Shown: positions 1 through 7,826, counted from the first letter of the stretch. The stretch is 32,000 bases of DNA from Blautia obeum ATCC 29174 (GCF_025147765.1 NZ_CP102265.1:2020296-2052295), one strand, 5' to 3'. Program-made: numbers and translations. Notes: generated by a model not told the origin, from the sequence alone.

Positions 1-180
1 AAACCCTTTTTCTCTTCAATATGCCTATTATAGCAAATCAAAAAGAAAAAGGGTAGTCCTGTTTTATATTCATCAAAGCGGACACATCAGAGAATCAGCA
101 TGGCATCCCGGATATTTATGAATTGTAACCAAAATCCAACATTTGTTGGGTATTTATATAGGAAGTAATTTGATTTTTCC

Positions 181-630
181 TTAATGAAATGGTAATCCTT
201 CATCATCAGCGCTCATAAAGCCATCAGGACTTGTCTGTGGTTTGGGCTGCTGTGCCTGCTGGTTGTTTGAAGCATTCTGAGCATTTCCTGAATTATTCTG
301 CTGACTGGCAGCTTTGCTCTCTGCAAAATCCTGTTCCTCGATCACTATATCTGTTGTATATACCTTCTGTCCATCTTTATTCGTATAGCTTCCTGTTTGA
401 ATCCTTCCAGCAATTGCAATCTTTGTACCTTTATGGAAATACTTTTCTGCGAACTCTGCTGATCTTCCAAATGATACGCAATTAATATAATCTACGGATG
501 CTTCGTTGTCTCGCTTGATTCTCCTATCTACAGCAAGTGTAAATCTGGCAACAGCTGTTGCGTTTTCTCCCTGAGAATATCGCACTTCTGGGTCACGTGT
601 AAGGCGGCCCATTAAAATAACTTTATTCAT
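181..630 (-). CDS. ssb: Single-stranded DNA-binding protein
   Basis: 149-aa ORF with an N-terminal OB-fold signature (MNKVILMGRLTRDPEVRY...), a Gln/Asn-rich tail and the acidic tip DDEGLPF typical of SSB. GGAGG lies about 10 nt upstream of the ATG. Confidence 0.9.
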   Translation of the reverse strand: MNKVILMGRLTRDPEVRYSQGENATAVARFTLAVDRRIKRDNEASVDYINCVSFGRSAEFAEKYFHKGTKIAIAGRIQTGSYTNKDGQKVYTTDIVIEEQDFAESKAASQQNNSGNAQNASNNQQAQQPKPQTSPDGFMSADDEGLPFH

Positions 631-696
631 AGAATTGATTCCTCCTCAAAACCTTTGTTTTGCTTCATATTCCGCAGAATTATTATATTCTGCCTT

Positions 697-855
697 TCAT
701 TCAATAACTTTTGTACCTGAATAATCCGGGCAATTTTCGGTGTACTCATACTTATCCAGATCGCCACATTGTGTTTTGCATTCTTCTTTCTTCGGACAGC
801 ATATGCAGCAATAGTCCAGACCTTCTGTGCAATCTAATTTACAGTGTCCAATCAT
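697..855 (-). CDS. Small Cys-rich protein (52 aa, 10 Cys), hypothetical
   Basis: Hand translation gives MIGHCKLDCTEGLDYCCICCPKKEECKTQCGDLDKYEYTENCPDYSGTKVIE*. It is below the 60-aa ORF-track cutoff and fills the otherwise empty 631-838 gap. The ATG overlaps the end of the upstream gene by 17 nt, and the SD is weak. Confidence 0.35.
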   Translation of the reverse strand: MIGHCKLDCTEGLDYCCICCPKKEECKTQCGDLDKYEYTENCPDYSGTKVIE

Positions 856-1480
856 CTTCGTATTCAGCTCCATATCTAATCGGCCCTTGCTCTCCTAAAG
901 GTCTTCTCCTTTCCGTTGATCGTTTCATTCGCTTTCTTTTTTTCTGTTCTTGATAGCGTTCATATCTTCTTTTCATAACTTCTACACTATCGCTCTTGAA
1001 ATGACACCAGAATCTGTCTCCATCCTCATCTTCTGCACAAATTCCCACGTCCAGCAATTCACCTGAAAACATTGCGTGTTTCTTGGGAATGTCATAGCAG
1101 CTTCCAATAATTGTCAGATTTTTCTTCACACATGCCTGTGCCATTTCCCATGGATCAGATGATAACCAAGAATTAAACATCTCGTGATAACCAATTTCGT
1201 AATTTTCAAGGCGATTCTGGATTGCTTTCACAACTGTTCCTGCCATTTGGTTGTATTTTTCTTTGATCTCTTCCTCTGTCATTTCTATTCCGAACAGTGT
1301 TTCTTCCGATGGAAACCGTTCTTCTGGTCCTCCTGGATTCCATAATTTGAGAATTACATAAGCCGCATTCACCTCTTTTACATATCCTTTAAAACTATGC
1401 CAAGAATTTCCCTGCTTGGCTCCAGATATTTCTTGGTCTTTCTTCAAGTGTCTGTATGTAACATACTTTTCTTCGGTCAT
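839..1480 (-). CDS. Hypothetical protein
   Basis: Long minus-strand ORF. I prefer the start at ATG 1480 (MTEEKY...) because the longer version would begin inside the hairpin at 1496-1515. AAAGGA lies upstream. Confidence 0.6.
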   Translation of the reverse strand: MTEEKYVTYRHLKKDQEISGAKQGNSWHSFKGYVKEVNAAYVILKLWNPGGPEERFPSEETLFGIEMTEEEIKEKYNQMAGTVVKAIQNRLENYEIGYHEMFNSWLSSDPWEMAQACVKKNLTIIGSCYDIPKKHAMFSGELLDVGICAEDEDGDRFWCHFKSDSVEVMKRRYERYQEQKKRKRMKRSTERRRPLGEQGPIRYGAEYEDDWTL

Positions 1481-1495
1481 TTTTTTTATCCTTTC

Positions 1496-1515
1496 TGCCC
1501 TGTTTCCACAGGGCA
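1496..1515 (-). promoter_or_regulatory. GC-rich hairpin 34 nt downstream of VR2 (DGR target-recognition hairpin candidate)
   Basis: tgccctg-tttcca-cagggca forms a 7-bp stem with a 6-nt loop. The stem core (TGCCCT/AGGGCA) and its spacing match the hairpin after VR1 at 18501-18522. No such hairpin follows the TR. Confidence 0.6.
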
Positions 1516-1525
1516 ATACAGTTTA

Positions 1526-2686
1526 TCAGTTATCCAGTTTCCCATAATAAGCGGAGCGGAAGCCGATGCTCGTGGACGAGTAGGAACGTGGATCGCCCAG
1601 GTTCACGCCGAACACACCAGCACCCGAGGTGTCGTTCCAGTAGCCACCACAGATCGGCAAATATTCTCCGTCTGTACAATCCATATAACAATACGCATCT
1701 GGTTCCCCTGCGAATAATGCCAATTCTTTGAGCTGCTCGCTATTGCAGTTAATCTGTACATCGCTCCATCGTGTTCCAGTATAATCCTGTTCAATCTCTG
1801 GATCCGTTGTAATGCAGATGTTATCATCATCAACTGAAATTCTGATGATTTTTCCCTCATCATCTCTGATTGCTTCCCAGCAGTCCCCTTCCAGCGTCAG
1901 GTCAATATCCATAGCAGCATCATTATTCTTTGCCGTCTCCAGTACACCATTTCTGATTCGCAATCCTCTTACCATTTCCCATACGTTACCGCAAAGGTCA
2001 TGCACTCCGGTTACTTTATGATTATGTGTCCATGTTGCCGGCCCTGATCCTGTCTTTGTTTTTCCGCTCTCTTCAATCGGTTCGCCTTTTTCTTCCAAAT
2101 CTGCATGGTACTTTCCGTAATTCGTATTTCCATGTGGCAAGGTTCCATCTCTCAGGCTGAGATTTGCAAGCAGTCCCCATTCAGCCCTTGTCATCATGTG
2201 CCAGCCTTCACCTTTAGAGAAGCAAACCTCTGCTGCTTCATCATTCGTAATGTTTGTCCAAGGTTTCTGGTATGGAAGGCTATATGGTTTACCGTTGATC
2301 TCGCAGTTTGGGTAAACTGAAATATAAATCGAATCGTACTCTTTTCCTCCAACAATAAATGCCGGATGGACTTTATCACTTCCACCGAATAATTCTTTAT
2401 TTGTCACTTTACGGAACCGGTGCATAAATGATGGGATTCCTGCGTTATCGTAAATTGCTACAACTTCATGCTCCACGCCATTCTCCACCTGATCTGTTGG
2501 TGTTATCTGTTCTTCTGTACCACTTTTTTTCGGTTTAATAACCGCAGCAAATACAGACATAGATTCCGCTTCTTTCTTTTTTCTTGCAGCAAACAGCTTT
2601 GCTCTCACCATTTCTTCTGAAACAAATTCCTTAGAGCCTTTCGCTTTTACTGTAAATTCCCTTGCTTTAAAAACTGCTTTTGCCAT
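1526..2686 (-). CDS. DGR target protein 2 (FGE-sulfatase / C-type-lectin-fold, variable C-terminus)
   Basis: 386-aa ORF, paralogous to the 18544-19590 product (shared HPAF.., ..GWHMMTRAEWGLLA.., ..GNVWEMV.. motifs). The C-terminal ...LPICGGYWNDTSGAGVFGVNLGDPRSYSSTSIGFRSAYYGKLDN is encoded by VR2. Confidence 0.85.
   Translation of the reverse strand: MAKAVFKAREFTVKAKGSKEFVSEEMVRAKLFAARKKKEAESMSVFAAVIKPKKSGTEEQITPTDQVENGVEHEVVAIYDNAGIPSFMHRFRKVTNKELFGGSDKVHPAFIVGGKEYDSIYISVYPNCEINGKPYSLPYQKPWTNITNDEAAEVCFSKGEGWHMMTRAEWGLLANLSLRDGTLPHGNTNYGKYHADLEEKGEPIEESGKTKTGSGPATWTHNHKVTGVHDLCGNVWEMVRGLRIRNGVLETAKNNDAAMDIDLTLEGDCWEAIRDDEGKIIRISVDDDNICITTDPEIEQDYTGTRWSDVQINCNSEQLKELALFAGEPDAYCYMDCTDGEYLPICGGYWNDTSGAGVFGVNLGDPRSYSSTSIGFRSAYYGKLDN
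1550..1661 (-). repeat. DGR variable repeat VR2
   Basis: 112 nt align without gaps to TR 17884-17995. By my hand count there are 13 mismatches, all at plus-strand T of the TR, which is A on the coding strand. Confidence 0.9.
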
Positions 2687-2700
2687 TTTTGTTTCCTCCT

Positions 2701-2976
2701 CTATTTTCTTGTAAGTTCATCAACACAATCGTTCCAGCCGACTTTATAACTCGGCATCTTGCCTCCTTTTTGAAAGTATTCCTGATTGTATCTTCCTGTT
2801 ACTTTCATTTTTTTCGGCAATTCTCTTAACGGGCACCCTTTCATTAACTCATCCCACGAATCCGAAGCATTAAAGTTTGCATCATCATCCTGTACTGTAC
2901 ATTCGTCTGAACCGTTAAGTAAGGGACATTCCGAACAGTGTTTTGGTGTATCTATCACTAATATTGATTTGCTCAT
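2701..2976 (-). CDS. Hypothetical Cys-rich small protein
   Basis: The table start at 2991 is GTG. The first ATG is at 2976 (MSKSILV...), preceded by GGAAGG. The protein contains HCSECPLL...C motifs. Confidence 0.6.
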   Translation of the reverse strand: MSKSILVIDTPKHCSECPLLNGSDECTVQDDDANFNASDSWDELMKGCPLRELPKKMKVTGRYNQEYFQKGGKMPSYKVGWNDCVDELTRK

Positions 2977-2991
2977 TTCGTCGCCTTCCAC

Positions 2992-3306
2992 TTATGGTCT
3001 GTACATAAATGCATCAAAATCCAGATCTTTTTCTCTGGTTCTTCCTTTCTCAAACGGATAGCTACCATCCATCATTGCTTTTACATCTTGCAATTCTGCG
3101 ATAAGAGCATCTATGCTATCTGCTTTTGAGAATGTCAGAATAACTTCTGCCTGAACTGGATCCCATTCATCTTCGACAGGAACTTTTTCACCTATTTCAT
3201 GTGGCTCCTGCGTAATACAACATAGTGCCCCAACGCCATTGCTTAAGGCTCCTGTCATTCTGATATCTCCTGAACCAAATTCCATTTTTGCTTTGCCTTT
3301 TATCAT
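2992..3306 (-). CDS. Hypothetical protein
   Basis: 104-aa ORF with AGGAG upstream, tightly packed in the co-directional operon. Confidence 0.6.
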   Translation of the reverse strand: MIKGKAKMEFGSGDIRMTGALSNGVGALCCITQEPHEIGEKVPVEDEWDPVQAEVILTFSKADSIDALIAELQDVKAMMDGSYPFEKGRTREKDLDFDAFMYRP

Positions 3307-3326
3307 CTTCTAATTTCTCCTGTTCT

Positions 3327-3884
3327 CTAAATATTGAATAAATCAAATATTGATAATTGCCCTTCTGGTAAAGACTTCTCTATTTCTGCAACCGGTGTAA
3401 TATCTCTCAGTTCTTCTTTTATGGATTGCATCATTCCTGAAAAATCCCAATGTATAAATCTTCGCATTGCAACAAGATCATCTTCTGAAATACTCTGGCT
3501 ATATCCAGAAATGTATTTGATTATTTCTACTTCTTTCTGGCTCTTTTCGCTTTTTCCGAATAATCCTATGTAATCCGGATTTTCCTTTATATTTCGCATA
3601 AGCTCAGATGTCTTTCGCCTGATCTCATCGCCTTTTACCATGTAATTTGGTGGTACCTTTTCTGGAAGCGGCAAATAGTATTCTTCCGGGTAATCCCCTT
3701 CCTGCAGTTCTTCCTCGCACAGCCTACGTCCATATATGATGTGATTCCTTACCAGGTTCAGGTTTACTCCATCAGTCCAAAATGGATCGTTGCCTCCGTT
3801 TTCCCGGAGCCTTTTCCATTGTTCATGAGATTCCCTGATAACCTCAGCAAGCTGTTCCTTTCTGTTCCTCTGCCTTTTTGCCAT
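3327..3884 (-). CDS. Hypothetical protein
   Basis: 185-aa ORF in operon context. GGGAG lies upstream of the ATG. Confidence 0.65.
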   Translation of the reverse strand: MAKRQRNRKEQLAEVIRESHEQWKRLRENGGNDPFWTDGVNLNLVRNHIIYGRRLCEEELQEGDYPEEYYLPLPEKVPPNYMVKGDEIRRKTSELMRNIKENPDYIGLFGKSEKSQKEVEIIKYISGYSQSISEDDLVAMRRFIHWDFSGMMQSIKEELRDITPVAEIEKSLPEGQLSIFDLFNI

Positions 3885-4152
3885 TTCCTATGCTCCCAAA
3901 CTTCGCTTCGATTGCCTCTTTGATCTTTCCTCTCAGCGCCGGTCCTACGCCTTTGACCTCTCCGATCACTTCCATAAGCTGTTCATCTGTAATTGTTCTG
4001 ACCGGTTTTTCTGTTACTGATTTTTTACCATCATTGAAACCGTTTGTATAAACACGTGTGCAAAACGCATCAAACTGCTGATGATCATATTTCTTTACTG
4101 TCTTATACACCTCTCTAGTGGTTGTGTACCCTCCCATGCATCTTTTCGCCAT
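3844..4152 (-). CDS. Hypothetical protein (possible helix-hairpin-helix segment)
   Basis: I prefer the start at ATG 4152 (MAKRCMGG...), which has AGGAGGAG upstream and sits just after the stop of the upstream gene. The segment ..VIGEVKGVGPALRGKIKEAI.. looks HhH-like. Confidence 0.55.
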   Translation of the reverse strand: MAKRCMGGYTTTREVYKTVKKYDHQQFDAFCTRVYTNGFNDGKKSVTEKPVRTITDEQLMEVIGEVKGVGPALRGKIKEAIEAKFGSIGNGKKAEEQKGTAC

Positions 4153-4154
4153 TA

Positions 4155-4358
4155 TTACTCCTCCTGTGCTTGTAGCCATTCTCTGACGTTCTTTTCTCTC
4201 TTTTCTATCGGACACTCAGCAGCGCAACCGCTTTCATAGTCCTCGCATCCTTCATCGCAACTCGGTACTTTCAATCCTTCTGCGTAGACCTCGCCCCACG
4301 CCAGCAGATCAACAAGTTCCTCGTCAGATAAATTCCGGATTTTATCAGCATTTGTCAT
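4155..4358 (-). CDS. Hypothetical small acidic Cys-containing protein
   Basis: 67-aa ORF that begins 2 nt after the stop of the upstream gene. Confidence 0.55.
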   Translation of the reverse strand: MTNADKIRNLSDEELVDLLAWGEVYAEGLKVPSCDEGCEDYESGCAAECPIEKREKNVREWLQAQEE

Positions 4359-4359
4359 T

Positions 4360-5268
4360 TCAACTCCTCCAACTCTTTTTTACTCTTTCCAGTGAATATC
4401 TGGCATTATCTGTAAGCTGTCTCTGCCAGCAATTATTTTTCCGGCTCCATCTAAAGCCATTCTTTTTAAGAATATCTCTTACTTCCGCTTCCGGTTTACC
4501 ATCAAAGAAAAGCTGTAAACGCATGATTTCCGTATTTTCTACGATGCGGAAATACTCATTTTCACTTTCTGTATTTCCTTCCGTTTTAGCCGCTCTGAGC
4601 TTCTTGAGTCTGCCTTCTATCCGGTGAATCTCTGCATTATTGTTTGAAAGCTGGTATGTGGCAAAAGGCTTGTCCTCATAATGCCAGTCCTTCTGCATTT
4701 TCTCTTTCAGGCTATCGATCTGTTCCTGTGTCAATACAGGGCATCCATCTAATGTTTTATTCTTTCTGTAGTAGGCATTTGCAGCTTTCATCTTCTCCTG
4801 CAATTCCTTTAATCCGTTCAGCTTCTTTTCCAAACGTTCTACTGCATCCACATCACCAGATTTAATAATGCCCTTCCCGTTTCCAATGCTCCGGATCCGG
4901 TTAAGCATCTTCTGGATTTCCTGAAATTCTTGATAGTTTCTATCAGATGCAGCATTCTGTTTTTCTTTCTTCTTTACTGGAAAGTTCGCTGGTCCACAGA
5001 TCATAACTGATGGACACATACAACCAATGCGGCTTCGATCATTCAAATTGGCTGCCATCTTTTTGGAATATCTATCTGCAATACCGTATACCCTGTCAGC
5101 TTCCTTTGGTCTGCTCTCAGCAACCTTGTCTGCCAGATCATACGCTTCGTCAACATATCCTTTGTATTCTGCTGTCAGGCTGCCTTCCTTATAATCCCGG
5201 AATGACATCATCTCATGAGCAGACCTTGCGGACTGCTCATTGATCTCGTAATAGATTCGTTCTCTCAT
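4360..5268 (-). CDS. Hypothetical protein, DUF3560-like C-terminus (tentative)
   Basis: 302-aa ORF with an ATGA overlap onto the upstream ATPase gene. The C-terminal ..LFFDGKPEAEVRDILKKNGFRWSRKNNCWQRQ.. resembles a module I recall from DUF3560-type phage/ICE proteins. This is memory-based and needs an HMM check. Confidence 0.55.
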   Translation of the reverse strand: MRERIYYEINEQSARSAHEMMSFRDYKEGSLTAEYKGYVDEAYDLADKVAESRPKEADRVYGIADRYSKKMAANLNDRSRIGCMCPSVMICGPANFPVKKKEKQNAASDRNYQEFQEIQKMLNRIRSIGNGKGIIKSGDVDAVERLEKKLNGLKELQEKMKAANAYYRKNKTLDGCPVLTQEQIDSLKEKMQKDWHYEDKPFATYQLSNNNAEIHRIEGRLKKLRAAKTEGNTESENEYFRIVENTEIMRLQLFFDGKPEAEVRDILKKNGFRWSRKNNCWQRQLTDNARYSLERVKKSWRS

Positions 5269-6395
5269 TCTTCTTTTTCCTCCTCTTCGTCTGATAATTC
5301 ATCCAAGAATCCGTACAGCTCAATGATTTCGTCCTCATTCAGCTTAGATTCTATTCTTTCTGCAAAATCGCAAAATCTTTCACATAATGGTTTCTGGGAT
5401 TCTCTGATCTTTTTGTTTTCTTCCTCCACGTCCTCAAAATATGTAGAGGCAAGAATGACTTTCTTCTTCGCCTCAGAAACAATGACCGGCTTATAACCTC
5501 GCTTTTTTAAGGCTTCCATATCTTTCTGATCTGTAACCGGTGCTGCCTTCGCACCATATTCATTGATAAAATCTTCTGCGATCTCATTTTTGAGGTCTTC
5601 CGGTACACACTCACACATAATGTACTGACCACTGTATGAATCAATAGATTTTTTCAACAGTTCTGCATTCTGAGCATTTTCAACCATTTTGGAAGCATAC
5701 CAGCAAACATCGAATGAATTTACCATGTTTCTGTCTCTTTCCAATCTCACGTAACATGGTTTGAAGTCTACTCCAATGTCAAGTCTTGGTTCTTCGCAGA
5801 TATATAATCCTCCAACAAATATCTTTCCTTTATGTTCTGGGCTTTCCAGAATATCTCCATACATTGTTTCGATTTTCTGATAATCTCCCTGCAAATGGAG
5901 ATTGGAATTTGTGACTTTCTCATATTCTTCTGGCGAAATTCCGGAAATTTCAATCATAAGGCTATGATCTGGTACTTTCTCCCATACTGCCGCAGTTTCT
6001 ACAAAAAATGTAGGTACTAAAGCACCATCATATTTTCTGGATTTTACCAGTCTCGGTCTCCAGACTTCACGCCTGCAGTAATTGTTGAATACAACTGTTT
6101 TGCCCAATCGCAGAAGAACAACCGTTGCAATTTTGTACCCTTCTCCATGATTCCCGATCATTGCATCATCATCATTTTTAGTGGTCGTTCCGAACAGAAG
6201 TGTCTTAATATCCAGCTCGCTATGCTTGTTTCCGATTATCAGTTTTTCTTCTGCCTCGTCATATTCAAATAACATTTTGTTGCTGCTGTCTCTGGTTTCC
6301 TCATCAATGGAGTTCTGGAAGAACTCTCTCACTGCTTCTGTTACGCCCCATCCCGGGACATAATCCGCACTGATACTCAATTCATATTTTCGCAT
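5265..6395 (-). CDS. GHKL/Bergerat-fold-like ATP-binding protein (tentative)
   Basis: 376-aa ORF. REFFQNSIDE (an E..N..D N-box-like motif) and the glycine-rich GNHGEGYK are consistent with an HATPase_c-type fold. The C-terminal tail is acidic. Confidence 0.55.
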   Translation of the reverse strand: MRKYELSISADYVPGWGVTEAVREFFQNSIDEETRDSSNKMLFEYDEAEEKLIIGNKHSELDIKTLLFGTTTKNDDDAMIGNHGEGYKIATVVLLRLGKTVVFNNYCRREVWRPRLVKSRKYDGALVPTFFVETAAVWEKVPDHSLMIEISGISPEEYEKVTNSNLHLQGDYQKIETMYGDILESPEHKGKIFVGGLYICEEPRLDIGVDFKPCYVRLERDRNMVNSFDVCWYASKMVENAQNAELLKKSIDSYSGQYIMCECVPEDLKNEIAEDFINEYGAKAAPVTDQKDMEALKKRGYKPVIVSEAKKKVILASTYFEDVEEENKKIRESQKPLCERFCDFAERIESKLNEDEIIELYGFLDELSDEEEEKEE

Positions 6396-6601
6396 TTTCT
6401 TCTCTCCTGTTCTCTGTACTCATTCATTGTTGGACGTTTCCCGTCCAGATCATCCCATGTATAAGGCTCTTTAGTTTCCTGCTCATAATTTGCTTTGTAG
6501 CAGTCTCGACATACGCACCGACCACTGAGCCATCTCATTTCGCCCCAGTATTCAGGTTTCTTGCATTCTTTGCAGATCACAATTTCATCATTCAATGTCA
6601 T
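6377..6601 (-). CDS. Small zinc-ribbon-like protein
   Basis: The table start is TTG. ATG at 6601 (MTLNDEIV...) is preceded by AAGGGGGG. CKECK...CVCRDC form two CxxC pairs. Confidence 0.55.
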   Translation of the reverse strand: MTLNDEIVICKECKKPEYWGEMRWLSGRCVCRDCYKANYEQETKEPYTWDDLDGKRPTMNEYREQERRKCENMN

Positions 6602-6639
6602 GCCCCCCTTGTTTTCTTCCTGCCCCTGTGTTAATATCA

Positions 6640-6674
6640 AACCGAGGCGGCGGCAGGTGAAAACCGCCCCGGTT
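6640..6674 (-). terminator. Candidate stem-loop terminator/attenuator
   Basis: aaccgaggcgg / ccgccccggtt arms (11 nt, 1 mismatch) enclose a 13-nt loop. On the minus strand only a weak U-rich tail (UGAUAUU) follows. Confidence 0.3.
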
Positions 6675-6722
6675 CATTTGGATTTTGGCTCCGGTTCTAT
6701 TTCTCAGGTAGGCTCCGGAGCC

Positions 6723-6920
6723 TTATTCTTTTTTCTCTTTCTTCTCTGCTTCTTTTTCTGGAAGTTCATTTCCTGTCATATAAGTTGCTAAGTCGTATGC
6801 TTCTTCTGCTGTATGTCCATGTGCTAAAGCCCATCGCATTGCTCTCACAACCATGTCCCCTGTATTTTTAGTTGGCATTTCAAACTCCTCCATTTTCTCA
6901 CCTGCCTTTCTCAAACTCAT
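6723..6920 (-). CDS. Hypothetical small protein
   Basis: 65-aa ORF, the first gene downstream of repeated promoter copy A. Confidence 0.55.
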   Translation of the reverse strand: MSLRKAGEKMEEFEMPTKNTGDMVVRAMRWALAHGHTAEEAYDLATYMTGNELPEKEAEKKEKKE

Positions 6921-6932
6921 TTAATTGAGTTT
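6913..6932. promoter_or_regulatory. Operator-like inverted repeat S1: AAACTCA-TTTAAT-TGAGTTT
   Basis: Perfect 7+7 inverted repeat with a 6-nt spacer. It lies downstream of promoter A and overlaps the ATG at 6920. Confidence 0.5.
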
Positions 6933-6940
6933 GTAATTAT

Positions 6941-6968
6941 AATTTAACACGCAGTTAGTAGTTGTCAA
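6941..6968 (-). promoter_or_regulatory. Repeated early promoter, copy A (TTGACA-16 nt-TAAATT on minus strand)
   Basis: Part of a ~45-bp sequence that recurs at 9304-9352 and 11641-11689. The -35 lies inside the last codons of the 6955-7320 gene. Confidence 0.5.
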
Positions 6969-7320
6969 TACCCTGTTTTACATTTTCCTCATTTTTGTGA
7001 GTTTTTAATTCCAGTGAATATCCCATTGTTGAAAACAATGCCTGAACACATTCATAGCTGACCTGTTCTTCATCTGTGCTTGCAAAGAAATCTGCAATTT
7101 CTTTTTCTCCCGGATCCGCTGCACCTTTCTTTTTCTCAACTACCAGATCATAGTCCAATGCTGCAAGAATCTTTCTTACTGTCTCGAAATTGGGTCTGGT
7201 ATTCTTATTCAGCTTCGTCCAAAGATTCTGCCGGGTTGTTCCCGCCTTTTCTGCCAATAAATCGTATGTCATTCCTCTGTTTGACATTTCCTCTTTGATA
7301 AATTCTACAATGTTCTGCAT
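6955..7320 (-). CDS. XRE-family helix-turn-helix transcriptional regulator
   Basis: 121-aa ORF. ..MTYDLLAEKAGTTRQNLWTKLNKNTRPNFETVRKILAAL.. is a typical HTH_XRE core. Confidence 0.75.
   Translation of the reverse strand: MQNIVEFIKEEMSNRGMTYDLLAEKAGTTRQNLWTKLNKNTRPNFETVRKILAALDYDLVVEKKKGAADPGEKEIADFFASTDEEQVSYECVQALFSTMGYSLELKTHKNEENVKQGIDNY
6985..7004. promoter_or_regulatory. Operator-like site S2: TTCCTCA-TTTTTG-TGAGTTT
   Basis: Same CTCA-N6-TGAG core. It lies 17 nt upstream of the promoter A -35. Confidence 0.4.
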
Positions 7321-7328
7321 TTTTCCTC

Positions 7329-7625
7329 CTATGCCACTCGATATCTGTATTCAATGCACTCCCAGTTACCGTTCCATTCTGCCGAATCAGCCATGATTCC
7401 TTTCTGTTCCTCCACTATCTCAAGCAGATCGCCTTCGTACAGTTCTTCCATCGGATAGCCCCTTTCCTTTTCAATCTCCTTGATTTCACCATCCAGGAAC
7501 AAATTGCCATTTTCGTAGATTGGTTCGTCCTCATCCCATGCACTTTTTTTTCTGAATGCCCTTGGGTTTTCCCATTCTTCTCGGCGGCGTTCCCAGTATT
7601 CATCTTCACTAGGTAGTCCACACAT
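7329..7625 (-). CDS. Hypothetical highly acidic small protein
   Basis: 98-aa ORF that is strongly Glu/Asp-rich and sits immediately upstream of the XRE HTH gene. Confidence 0.6.
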   Translation of the reverse strand: MCGLPSEDEYWERRREEWENPRAFRKKSAWDEDEPIYENGNLFLDGEIKEIEKERGYPMEELYEGDLLEIVEEQKGIMADSAEWNGNWECIEYRYRVA

Positions 7626-7646
7626 GATGTCTCGCCTCCCCTCAAA

Positions 7647-7826
7647 TCATTTTGGTATATATTCATATCTGGTATGCCAATGATACTGATACAACCCTGT
7701 CACCGGATCGATGCCTTCATACCTCTCTCGCCATTCTTCCAGCATTTCCCGATATGTAAACAATTCTCCGGTTTCTTTATTCCGGTACAGCCTTGCCGGC
7801 TGTTCTCCGGTGTTTGCCTTATCCAT
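7647..7826 (-). CDS. Hypothetical small protein
   Basis: I prefer the start at ATG 7826 (MDKANTGEQ...), which has GGGAGG 8 nt upstream and overlaps the upstream stop. The 121-aa table ORF would overlap the upstream gene by ~190 nt. Confidence 0.5.
   Translation of the reverse strand: MDKANTGEQPARLYRNKETGELFTYREMLEEWRERYEGIDPVTGLYQYHWHTRYEYIPK

Noticed and set aside
135-149. Identical 15-mer tccaacatttgttgg at 135-149 and 12889-12903, considered as att-type direct repeats bracketing the 12.7-kb early block
   Set aside because: One chance 15-nt match is roughly expected in 32 kb when both strands are considered, and no integrase or recombinase lies between the copies. Each copy is a small near-palindromic hairpin (ccaac-N4-gttgg) followed by a T-rich stretch at the end of a transcription unit, so weak terminator-like elements are the simpler reading. 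It would be worth re-checking only if junction reads exist.
1397-1717. Plus-strand ORFs 1397-1717 and 18445-18741 that share a peptide (..GAEADAR..AQVHAEHTSTRG..TTDRQ)
   Set aside because: They are the antisense reading of VR2 and VR1. The shared peptide is a by-product of the DNA repeat. Both lie fully inside well-supported minus-strand genes.
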